From contig OU015568.1 of the NCBI GenBank assembly GCA_907165135.1, positions 4,588,001-4,652,000 of the forward strand: 64,000 nucleotides of DNA, read 5' to 3'. The notes beneath the pieces were generated by a model, which did not search any database, had not been told where the DNA came from, and saw nothing but the letters and a program-made list of their open reading frames with translations. The DNA comes from Oikopleura dioica (taxonomy: Eukaryota > Animalia > Chordata). Below are positions 1 through 11,318 of the stretch, in pieces; within the stretch, counting starts at the first letter, position 1; every line of letters begins with the position of its first letter. The position numbers and the translations under genes were made by a program.

Positions 1-480
1 TTGAAAGTGAAAAATTTGTGCTATCGTATTGATATAGGTATCATTGAATAGAGAATTTTTCAAGCTCTCAGAAAATATACAGGTCGATATATAAAATCGA
101 AAGTTTGAAAATGACACTTTTTACAGTGCATTTCTATCGAGCCGTAATGCATTAGCGCTGTCAAAGAAACAGTAATATCTCGAGAATCAGATGAGATATT
201 TCAGATCTGAAAAAAGCTCTAGAATCAGCTTCCTTTAATTAACTCAAAAAAATTTGGTCATCAGACTAAGATTAGTCGAATCCGATCATTGGGGACACCC
301 TTAAAATGCGTTTTCTGGATCCTGACTCAGGTTTTCTACACAGGTTGCTGAGCCAAAATAAAAGATAAACTTGCGGTGATTTTAAAATGCAATTGAAGCC
401 GCGCTCGTCGCGGCTCTTTTTGCTGTTTTACTCGAAGCCGCAAGCGGCTTCTCGATTGATAAACTAACGCCATTTTTCAG

Positions 481-1494
481 CCGGTTCTCGTTTCAAAATC
501 GCGCAAAGCTGGAGTGACGCTGGGGAAATGTACGAGAAAGCAGCAACAATCCAGCTCGAAAAGCTGCAAAACCGCCACGAAGCCGCGCAAAATCTCGTCG
601 AAGCTGGCAACTGTTGGCGAAAAGCAGAGCCCAAGCGCGCTTCTCATTGCCTCTCCCGTGCCATCGAAGTGTACATTGATCTTGGGCGGGTTAATTTGGT
701 GGCGAAGCAGCATGTAACGCTCGGGGAAATTTGGGAAGCAGAAGCAGAAATGGCGGAAACGGCGATTGAACATTACACGAAAGCGGCGCAGATTTTCAGA
801 GGAGAGGAGCAACAAAGTCAGGTACCGTTGGAACCTTTACCTCAAAATCAACAGCCATTTTTCAACCCTTGATGCCTCATTTTAGACCTCTATTCATTCA
901 AATTTAGGCGAATAAATGCGACCTAAAAGCTGCTTCCATGTACGCATCGAACAAACAGTACGAAGAAGCCACGCATATCTTCGAAAAGGTAAAACTTCTT
1001 TATCATCGAGCACCCCCTTAAAACTCCCCTCCCAGGTCGCTATGAGTGCATGTGAAACGCCCCTGCTAAAATACTCCGCAAAAGAATATTTCTTCAAAGC
1101 CGCCCTTTGCCGATTTTGCCTAAACACCGACGACGCTAGAAATGCCATCGAAAGGTACGCTATCTTTCGTTTTCCCAGCAATCATTTCTTTCAGATACGA
1201 GGGTGTTTTCCCAACTTTCATCGATACAAGAGAAGCAGCGCTCTTGAAGGAACTTCTTGAAGCAGCGGAAAAGAACAACATTGATGATTATACCGACGCT
1301 GTCAAAAAGTAAGTCGCGAAAAAACGCTCCATAACGAATTCTTCTTTACAGGTACGATTCTGTATCGAGAATTGACACTTGGCTCACCGCGATTCTCCTG
1401 GCTATCAAAAAGCGTCTCCAGTCCACGGACGGTAAGGCCCTCCTTTCTTTAATTCAAGTTATGCTAAACCTTTCCAGAAGCTGATATTCTCTGA
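481..1494 (+). CDS. NAPA: alpha-SNAP, 5'-partial, about 6 exons in window
   Basis: Spliced translation AGSRFKIAQSWSDAGEMYEKAA...AIEVYIDLGR...ETPLLKYSAKEYFFKAALC...YDSVSRIDTWLTAILLAIKKRLQ follows the alpha-SNAP sequence. Introns are GT-AG; stop at 1492-1494. No first exon found in 1-480. Confidence 0.92.
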
Positions 1495-1806
1495 AAAGAA
1501 TCCCCACTTTCTCAACTTCAAGAAGAAAAAATCCTTCCGTTCCTCCAACAACCTCGTCATTTTTTTCAAACCTTATTCATACCACTATTCTACCACGCAT
1601 TCATATTACTACTTTTTCGTTCTAAAAAACCAAAAAAATTCTTCATGTTCTGATCTGTTCAATCATTTTTCTTTCGTTTCAAACCAGATACAGTACGGGA
1701 CTATACAGGAATGAATAGATACTGTGCCATTTTCCATTTTTATCAGGGAAAAAATGGGTTCCTTATGTACTGAAATCCAGCAAGCTTTTAGTAATTAACT
1801 ATCTCC

Positions 1807-1908
1807 TAGGCTCGCAAACCTGTGTTAAAAACCTGAGTCAGCTACGCGGCGTTCTCAGGAGCTCTTTCAAGGCCCTGACTCAGGTTCTTACACAGATTTC
1901 CGAGTCCA
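1807..1908. mobile_element. short MITE, CTGACTCAGG family
   Basis: Arms GGCTCG-AACCTGTG-AAACCTGAGTCAG and CTGACTCAGGTT-CACAG-CCGAG are inverted copies; the same arms recur at least 10 times in the window. Confidence 0.75.
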
Positions 1909-2046
1909 GTTAAAATGAGAACTTCGTTTTTTTGTTCAAAATTATATCGATGCAATATGACAACTATTCCTTTTTTTCTATCTACCTGTGTGTAGTAATT
2001 ATAACATCCTATCAAAAACGCGCTAGAATTTTCCTCTTTCAGTCAA

Positions 2047-3434
2047 ATGCCCAGCGGTAGCATTTCCGGCCAATCCTTCCGAACCAGCTATGATTTGGAA
2101 ACCAACGCGTCGACTGTTTTTACCGAAGTTGACGTGGACGCCCTCACGACAGATGAGATTCTAGAGCAAGTGCAGCTGATGAAAGACGACCTCGCCTTCC
2201 TCTCGAAAGAGCTACTCTTCTTGGAAACATTTGCGGAAAAGATTAACCTGGATGGAATACTCCCAACATCAGAAATCGTCGAAAGAACCAGCTCGAGAAA
2301 GAAAAAACGTGGTGAACCGAAGAAAGAAAAGCTTAATTTTGCCCAAAAAATTGAGATCACGATAAGATTGCAAAACGACCTCCTCGGGGAAATGCAAAAA
2401 GTGGAGAAGGCGCATATCTTGGCGAAAGAGCAAATCGAATGCGAAATGAAACAGCTGGAAGAAAGACTCCTCGACATTCACAAGCACGAGTTCGAATTTG
2501 ACCGAGCCGTGACCAGTGTAAAAGGATTTTTGGCTTTTCAAAATTGAAAATCTCTAGAATACGAGTCCAGTATTGTTTCTCCGGCAGTAGGTAGCCAGTT
2601 TATATTTGAAAAGCCAAGAAAAGATGACAAAGGTAAGCGAAATGGGGACAAGTTCATCCGCTTCGAGCAGGATCGTCTTGAAAAACAAGATCTTCAAATC
2701 GGAAAGCTCAAACTTAAACTTCAATCAAACAAAGTTCGAAATCCAAAGAATCAAATCAGTAATCATTTTTTTCAGGAAAACTTGCGACGAGCGAACCACA
2801 GTCTCAAATCAAAGGAGGAATCTGGCGAGACAATGACGAAGATCGACTTTGATCAGCTCGAAATTGAAAATACCGAGTACCAGATCTCCCTTGACGAGAA
2901 AAATAAAGAAATGATTCAGGTAAAAAAATCTTTCTGAAAAAGAAAGTTTGACACTTTTACTAAGGCGAAAATGAAAGCTGGTCGACTGAACGACTCGCTT
3001 CTCAAAAGAAAAACTGATCTGGCAGCGGCTCTCAAGCTTCAAGGTAAATTAACTGACCTTAATCGCTAGAAATTGATCTTCTTTTGCAGTGAAGCTGCAG
3101 CAGCGAGTTTTGAGCATCGTTTCCGACCGAGAAAAGGTTGAAAAGGAATCTCAACTCGTCAAGAAAGACATCGAAAAGCAACGAGAAGGACTTCGAGGCA
3201 TCCGGACTGAGATGAAGTCCTACACCGTGCCGGAAGTCTACGACTATATCAAGCAGTCGCAAGAGACTGATGCGGTAAGACACCCGCGTTTCTTTCTCCC
3301 TTCATTCTTTATTATCTTTCTAGCTTGAAAAAGAACTCTACGAGTGGAAAAGAAAAGTCGCCATCGCCGAAGGAGCCAACAAATCCCTCCGTAGCCAGCT
3401 TCATGCCGCTCAATCTCCCGTGAAAAAGCGCTAG
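2047..3434 (+). CDS. CCDC113: CCDC113/CFAP263-like ciliary coiled-coil protein
   Basis: Exons give KEKLNFAQKIE...KSKEESGETMTKIDFDQLEIEN...VPEVYDYI...LEKELYEWKRKVAIAE, matching the DUF4201 family pattern (DFxQLxIEN; WxRKVxIAE). First intron is GA-AG (2525-2623). Confidence 0.8.
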
Positions 3435-3541
3435 AATCAACAATCTACCCTAGCTGCTCCATTTTAAACTTACTTTACTGATCTTCTCCCTTCGATATAT
3501 AGTTTTCTATTTAATAAACTATTTTTTTTAGAAATCGTGAA

Positions 3542-5688
3542 ATGGGCTGTTATCTACCAAAGCCCAAGACAGAAACAGACCTCGAAGACCTAGAAGGATG
3601 TGGCCTCCGAGTCTCAGCGGGTGCGATGCAAGGATGGAGAATCACTCAAGAAGATGCGCATAATGCTATTGTAAGTCCCTATTAGGGAACCTATTCTGGG
3701 CTCGGGAATCTTATCTTCGCGACTTTCTATTTACACCGGGTATTAAACCCGATCAAATCTTACTGATCGAGTAGTTCTGTTTGTAAAATTTGTTCTAGTT
3801 AGAGCTGATGAAGGATATTTCATTGTTTGCGGTTTACGATGGCCACGGTGGTCATGAAGTAGCAGAGTGGACTGGAGAGCATCTCCCAAAGTCGATTGTC
3901 GAGAAGTTTAAAGACATCAACACGGATGATGTGGAAGAAATAAAGGAGGCATTGAGCATTATCTTCCATGCGCACGGTGGGTTTTTAGAGACGATGTTTT
4001 TCATAAAGCATTTTTCTGACAAATAGACAAGCGAATAACGGACAAAGAAGTGGTCAAAAAGCTCCATGAGATCGCGAAGAAAGATTGCCCAATGCTACGA
4101 GACGAGGAGGAGATGCAAGACGAGGTTAATGAGCTGAATTTGGACATGGAATTGTCGCGAGAAGAGCTTATTGCGAAGTATGGAGGGCCAGGAACCCCAG
4201 TTGGCTTTGAATTGCCGGAGGATGCGTCTGGAGAGGGATCGGTAAAAAGAAAGAATAGAGGAAATAATGATAATTTTCTTCAGTCGGAGGGTATGAAAAA
4301 AGATGCCATAGCACTTGCCCTGGCGATGTGGGAAGAAGCATGCGAGAATGAATCTGATGGATCAGAGGAAGAAGACGAAGAGGCCGAAGATCAAAACGGA
4401 GAAACGGGTGGAAACCCTGTGGCAAAGAGTGAAAGCGATCCGAAAATCGAAAATCTCGATGTCAAGGAAGAGGAAAAAGAGGCAGGGGAAGTCAAGGAAG
4501 TCTCTGAGGACGGCGACGGACGAGCACAAAAACGACGAGCGGAGGAATCTTCTAGCAGCGTTGAGTTTGACTACGTCCCTCCGGCAAGAAAATCCAGAAC
4601 GGAATTATCCGCTGAAGAGCGACAAAAACGCCTTGCGTAAGTTTCCAATTTTGAAATATTGAAGTTTTTAATGAAACTTGTAGCGAGGCAAACAACGAAG
4701 ATGGAGAAGGCGGCGTCGTCTTTGAAGATCATTCCGACGCAAGCTCGACCGACTCTGAAAACTCAGACTACCAGGACATTCCGGAAATAGATCAAAACGC
4801 GGCGAACCAAGAAATTTGTGGACAGGACTCTGGCTGCACCGCTGTGGTCACACTCGTCAATGTATTTTTCTACCCCTTTCATTTCCCTATTGAATCCCTC
4901 TTTCTTTAGCACAAGACGAAGAAGATCATCACAGCAAATATCGGTGATTCCCGAGGAGTTCTTTCTCGCGGCGGGAAAGCTATTGAGCTTTCTTTCGACC
5001 ACAAACCAGAGGATGAAGAGGAGCTCTCGCGAATAAAAGCTGCTGGTGGTTTTCTTACCCGTAAGTTCTTGATTCGTTGTACTCCTCGTTGATTTCATTG
5101 ATTTAGCTGATGGACGAGTCAAAGGCGGGTTAAATCTTTCCCGAGCTTTTGGCGATCACCAATACAAGCAAAATCGAAAACTGCCCCTTTTTCAACAAAT
5201 GGTCACTGCCAAACCAGGTAAAAAAGAAGCGCTAGAATTTACCTTTGAACCGCTTGATTGGTAGATTTTACGGTGCATGACTGGACCGATGAGGACGAGT
5301 TCATGATCATCGCCTGCGACGGCATTTGGAACTCGATGACTTCTCAAGAAGGGGTCGAATTCGTCAGAGATCGAATCCAAAAGGATGTCAAAATGTCGGA
5401 AATTATTCAAGAGCTGTTTGACTTGATTCTAGCGCCCGATACTGATGGCCAAGGATTTCAAAAAGAATAATTAACGATCAATGGCTTCTCTTACAAAAAA
5501 GAGCCAAAAATAAGACCTGAAAAACTCATCTGAAATCCTCGGAAAAAAGTGATGGAACAGGGTGCGATAACATGACCTGTGTGATAGTAGACTTCAAGAA
5601 CGAAACGTACAACCCAGCAGCTGGCCAACCAGTCGTCTCAGAAAAAGTGGACTTCCCACAGTCGCAAGTTCCACGCGAATCTTCATGA
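3542..5688 (+). CDS. PPM1G: PP2C phosphatase with acidic insert
   Basis: [30 protein letters not shown], long Glu/Asp-rich insert, [36 protein letters not shown]. The last intron junction is ambiguous by 1 nt. Confidence 0.92.
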
Positions 5689-6297
5689 AAAAAAGATCTT
5701 CCAGATAAATTTTTTGTTCATCTGTCACTGCACAACACTTACCGAAGAAAAATGGCACCAAAAATAGGCATCAAAAATTAGATAAAATTGAATATCAAGA
5801 TATTTTTGCACACACTGCCGCAGTTTTTTTTATTCTCACAAAACATGTTTATTACTAGATAAATAAAATATTTCATTCAACGAAAAAAACTCAGAGATGA
5901 AATTCAACTCAGTAAATGCTACCTAAATGGTCAAAGCACTGGTCGAATTCCTCGATGTTGTAAATTCATTAAGTAAAAAAAATATTTGAAATTTTCACAA
6001 AGAATTTATTTAATTAATAATTTTTTAATTTTAAAGCGCTTTTTGACTAACAGCCAGTTATGTTCTTTTTTTCTCAGATTGTGGATAATAGGCATGCTTT
6101 TCCTAGTCTATATTATTTTTAAATATTTTATTTTCATGTGCTATAAAAATAAGATATTTAAAAATATAATAAACTCGGGAAAATATGCCTATTATCCACT
6201 ATCAGAGAACGAGAAAAATAATTGGCTGTTAGCCAAAAAGCTTTTTTAAAATAAAGATATTTTTGACGACCCTAAGAGTCGCCCAGGCGTGGACTCC

Positions 6298-6452
6298 CTA
6301 TTGATTTGGCCAAGGATTCACCCGTCGAGCGAGTGGCCCCTTTTTTGGGCAGCGCGCCACGCTGAAAAAAATATTTCAGTTGCTCGGCGGGCGCGTACGT
6401 GACCAATTGGGGCGGCGGCGTGGCTCGTGCGTGGGCGCCACTTGGCCAATGA
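6298..6452 (+). promoter_or_regulatory. GC-rich H2A.Z promoter with multiple CCAAT boxes
   Basis: ATTGATTTGGCCAAG, GACCAATTGG and GGCCAATGA lie in a GC-rich island 110-260 nt upstream of the ATG at 6563. Confidence 0.5.
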
Positions 6453-6562
6453 CCTCGCCGCGCTCCTCGCTCGCCGTGGCTGGCGCACTGCCCTCGATTC
6501 AATCGCTCAATTTTTAACTCGCCGAGCACAACTTTGGCGCGCAACTGAGAGAAATCAAACAC

Positions 6563-7827
6563 ATGTCTGGCAAAGGTAACAGTTTATTTTCATAATTTTA
6601 ATTTTACTTATCAATTTCTCTATGAAAAATTCTCGCCAAATAATGCGAAATAACCCAAGTTTATTGAGAAAAATCATTATTTTTTCCGCGATTATTGATT
6701 TTTAACCCCCGGGGCGGGATATTTGAATTTTCCCGGCACAATTTTCGATACGTGACCAATCATTGTTCACAACTACAGTATCTTACTGTACAGAATCATG
6801 CCCGTTTCTTAATTTTCTAAAGTTAAAGGTATTTGGAAAATCTTATATGAATAAAGAAATTTGAAAATCAAAATGGAAAAAATTGCAATTGAAATTTTTT
6901 TATTAAATTTCTAGTAATTCTAGCTCATTTCTTTTTCAATATTGTCTTGTAGAAAATTTACTCTCAATGTTTTTCTAATGATTTTTCTTGATTAAATATC
7001 CCTGAACAAGAATTTTCATTCGAAAGGAGCGTTCACGATTCGGTCGGATTTGTTAGGAAATTTTCAGATAATAATCATGTTTCTCTTCAGGAAAAGGCAA
7101 AGGCAAGGGAGCCGGAAGTACTGGCGGCAAAGGCGAGGGAAAGTCAAAGAAGAACAAATCGATCTCGAGATCTGCCCGCGCCGGTCTTCAGTTCCCAGTC
7201 GGTCGAATCCACAGACACCTCAAATCCAAGGTAAATCTCTTCCACTCCTCCCCACTCTCTCTACATCCGTCTAGGTACCAGCACATGGCCGTGTAGGCGC
7301 CACATCCTCCGTCTACTCGGCGGCGATCCTCGAATACCTCACCGCCGAAGTATTGGAACTCGCCGGAAACGCCTCCAAAGATCTCAAGGTGATAATTTTC
7401 ACAGATTTCGGAAGTCAAATAAAAACAATTTAGGTCAAACGAATCACGCCCAGACACTTACAGCTTGCGATCAGAGGAGATGAAGAATTAGGTGAGAAAA
7501 ACCTGAAGGAACTTTTCAAATGAAAAGCTGCGTAGCGGCTTTTTTAAATACGAAACCGCGATGATGCAGAGCTTTGCTAAGATTGCAGGACCCTGTTCCT
7601 GACTCAGGATTTCTGCACAGATCCCTTCTTTGAGCTTGAATTTCAAAATTGAAATCATCAACCAAACATTGATCGATCAGCCAGTAAAGTAACCTCATCC
7701 TTCAGACATGCTGATCAAAGCCACCATCGCTGGAGGTGGTGTGATCCCGCACATCCACAAGTCGCTGCTGGAGAAATCGCGGCCGAACACCGATGGCGTC
7801 ATGGCACCTCCCCAGCCACCCCAATAG
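6563..7827 (+). CDS. H2AZ: histone H2A.Z
   Basis: 5 exons: [88 protein letters not shown] (H2A.Z-diagnostic). Ends ...[11 protein letters not shown]. Confidence 0.95.
7495..7622. mobile_element. degenerate CTGACTCAGG-family MITE in H2A.Z intron 4
   Basis: AAAACCTGA...AAAAGCTGCGTAGCGGCTTTT...CCTGACTCAGG...CACAG. Confidence 0.6.
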
Positions 7828-8007
7828 CTACACCCCCATTTTGCTTTTTTCTCACTGCCTGCGCAGTTTCTCGCTGTTTTAACTCGAAAAAAATTATGGA
7901 AAAAAAATAAAACTCAGCATCAGATTCTCAGGAATTCAAATATCCTCATTTTACTTGTTTTTTTTTATGCAGGAAAAAATGAAAGTAAACTGTAAAGAAA
8001 AGCTAAT

Positions 8008-8190
8008 TCAGGCTCTTCTGAAGAGTCTAGACGAAAAGCCGCGTAGCGGCTTTTTTGAAAAACGAAGCCGCAAGCGGCTTCGCCAGAGTTTGGAAATCGA
8101 CTGACACTGTTTTGCGGCTTCGTTTAAAAAGAGCCGCTACGCGGCTTTTCATTTAACCCTTCAGAGACTGCTGCAGGTTGGACAGCTCGC
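8008..8190. mobile_element. degenerate CTGACTCAGG-family MITE
   Basis: Internal hairpins AAAAGCCGCGTAGCGGCTTTT, AAGCCGCAAGCGGCTT and the mirror copy GCCGCTACGCGGC. Confidence 0.6.
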
Positions 8191-8311
8191 GGCAGGAAGA
8201 CATTTGCCAAGCATTAAAACTTATTTGAATTATAAAATTAGCGCTATTTGCTTTTCATTTTTCGTTATCCGCCCCTTTCTTCTGGTCGGATTCGTAAGAA
8301 ACCAGAGAATA

Positions 8312-11290
8312 ATGAAGCTCTCGCAGAACCTGTTCCTTGCTGGGAGCGCTAGAGCTCTGATTGATGCGGTTCCACTGACCGGGGATTGTGTGGTAGATGA
8401 GGCAACGATGAAGGAAATTGGGGTGAATTTTGATTGTCAAGGAAGTCGAAAGGTAAAGATCGTCTTTGGCATTTTCAAACATAATTTCCAGAAGCGAAGG
8501 GATGAGGCCCTCGATCAAAGCGTCTCGATTTCCCTCGGCTCTGATGGATTTGTTTACATCACTGGTTGTATTGCTGAAAGTCCTGAATTAGACGTGATGC
8601 ACTGTGTTTTGGAAATGCGAACAAACTTCGAGTACACTCCGCATTTGAGCTACCTAAACGTCAACGACGATTACTACTACGTCTTCTACGAGGACTGGAA
8701 CAAGACGGACAAGCTTTACACATTCAAATTCCAGCACAAAGACGGATTCGAAGACAGCATCCTCGTTTCGCATGTTCCAAAGGACGAGGAAGCGCGAAAT
8801 GAAGTTGTTTCTTCTTGCATGCTTTTGTCTGAGAACGATTACGCGTGGGGAGGGAGCTCTTTTAGCCAAAGAATGGATGGCGGCGTTCATACGAATCCTG
8901 AAATGGGCCCGGTTCCCTTTGTGCCACGGGATACCTTCCTCATCCCTTTCGTCGGCAACGGTGGGCTCATCGAGCCGTACTGGATCGGACAAAGCAAGAT
9001 GGGAAGTTGGTCGGTTCTCGTCGATCATCGCTCGCCTATTCCGCTCTCAAGCTCGGTTCGGCCTGGGGAGAATGGAATCAAGACCGAATTATGCATCTTC
9101 TCGGACTACCAAGACTCCGAATTCGACAAGCGATCCTCTGAGCCCATCCTGCCCCTGGAATACTACGTAACACTCGGTGCCGATGCTCGATCCGTTCAGC
9201 GCTCGTTTCAAAAGACGGTCAATAAACCCACTGAGCTTCCGGAGCGATCGATTATTTACAACCCGATCTTTTCATCTTGGGCGATTTACAAGAAAACCAT
9301 CAACCAGGAGAAGCTGGAAGAGTTTCTTGACGAAATAACGAGCAATGGATACACTGCTTCGAATGTTGAAATTGATGATGGATATGAAATTGCGTATGGA
9401 GATCATGATTTTGACCCATCAAAAGTAAGAACGCTTGGCAACTTGTTTGGAAAACCTGAGTCAGGGTTCTGAAAAAGCTCAAATGAAAAGCCGCGCAGCG
9501 GCTTCTTTTAAACAAAGCCGCAAAGCGCTTTTCGCCTTTTCAAGTAATTTTAGTTGTTGATTTGGCGAAACCGCTCCGCGGCTTTGTTAAAAAAAAGCCG
9601 CTGCGCGGCTTTAACCAAAGATTTTTTTGAACCCTGACTCAGGTTTTGCAAACAAATTGTCGAGCCAAGGGATGAGTAATTGAGCTAAAATTCTAGCAGA
9701 AAGTTTAGTTCTCCGATATCTCTGGCTGGATTGAAAAAGTTCATGAAGCAGGATCGAACGTCACTCTTTGGGTGACTCCCTTTATCAACCCCCCTTCTGA
9801 GAATTTCGAAACTGTTTCGGAAATGGGATGTTTTGTCAAAGGAGAAAGAGAGAATGGAGAGGAGTTTGAGATTGTTCCTTGGTGGGATGGAGTCGGTAAG
9901 CAATTTTTGTTGAATAAGAGAAGATATTTCTTTCAGGCGGCATGGTTGATTTTACTGATGCCATTTGCGCCAACTGGTTCACAAATCATTTGCAAGAAAA
10001 ACTCGACAAGCACGGATTCGACGGTTTCAAATTCGACGCTGGAGAGACCAACTACATGGCGAGCAATTTTAAAACGCGAGGAAATGTTCTTCGATCTGTC
10101 GATTGGACTCGAGCTTATGACAAAACCATTGCGGATAATTTCCCGGGCATTTCTGAAGTGAGATCGGGTTGGGGAAATCAGCATTTGGCGATTTGGATGA
10201 GGATGTTTGACAAGGACTCGAAGTGGGGAAGTGATAATGGATTGCAGACTATGGTGCCGCATTTGATTCTATCTTCGCTTATCGGGTACCAGGTTTGGTA
10301 ATGATTGAAATAGGCAAAGTCTGAGGGGAAAATTTAGTATATTTTGCCAGACATGGTCGGTGGAAACGCTTATGAGGATGGTTTTGAAGGAACTTATGTT
10401 CCAGAAGAAGAATTGTATATTAGGTGGATGGAAGTTACTGCATTCATGCCTTCGATTCAGGTTGCTTATTCGAATTTTCTTAATAAAAGGAACCATAAAA
10501 ATAGTATTCAATTCATCTTTCTGAATTTTTTTTTGATACAATCTAACTTGGTTACATATCGTCATTTCACTTAATTGCTTCACCATTGTCCCTATTTCTT
10601 TACCAAAATTTCTGTATAAACATATTTTATGTTCAATTAAGTTCTCACTTTCACCCTGGCAATACGAAAATCCGTCAACCCGTCAACTCTGTAAATACTG
10701 GACCGATTTCCATCACGACATCATCGCCCCTCTTTACGAACAAGTTTGGGAAGACTACATCGCTGGATCCGAAATCCTCCCCATTGCTCCGGTCTCTTAC
10801 CTCGCTGAGAAAACCGAGCTCTCGAAGGAGATTTATGAACTGACTCAAAGCTGGATTATTGGCGAAAAGTATCTTGTAGCTCCGAGTGTAACGAAGGGAG
10901 AGAGAATGATGATCGTTTATTTACCAGGAAAGCGGGCTTGACACTTTGACCTGAGCTCGGTAACCTGTGAAGAAAACCAGACTGAGGGTATAGAAGATCT
11001 CAATTAGAGATTCTCTAAGGAAAAGCCGCGTATTCTTGCGAAACCGCTTTGCGGCTCATTTTTAAAGAAAGCCGCTAAGCGGCTTTTCCTTAAAGATCTT
11101 TCAGACCCTGAGTCAGGTTTTCTACACAGGTTGCCGAGCCTAGACTTCGACAAATTCATTGAGAAAGCCCGGAAAAGGACGAAGCCTGCTCTGGAGAAAT
11201 TATTTCACAGATGAAATTCGCGTTGGCGGACAATTCTACACCCTGCCTATCGGTTTGGAAGAAGTTCACTTCTGGGAGCGACTCGAATAA
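8312..11290 (+). CDS. glycoside hydrolase family 31, MYORG/KIAA1161-like
   Basis: [42 protein letters not shown] (nucleophile), [54 protein letters not shown]. The last exon needs a GA-AG intron at 10928-11177. Confidence 0.9.
9433..9667. mobile_element. CTGACTCAGG-family MITE filling GH31 intron 1
   Basis: Inverted arms GGCAAC-AAACCTGAGTCAGGGTTC and GAACCCTGACTCAGGTTTT-GTCGAGCC, with paired GCCGC/GCGGC hairpins. Confidence 0.75.
10953..11141. mobile_element. CTGACTCAGG-family MITE inside the last GH31 intron
   Basis: GCTCGGTAACCTGTG...GACCCTGAGTCAGGTTTTCTACACAGGTTGCCGAGC. Confidence 0.75.
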
Positions 11291-11318
11291 AATAATTGCA
11301 ACTGTGACAAATATTTAT

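Noticed and set aside
8204-8311. N-terminal extension of the GH31 ORF (MPSIKTYL...)
   Set aside because: It begins at a non-ATG codon next to a MITE; the first ATG is at 8312.
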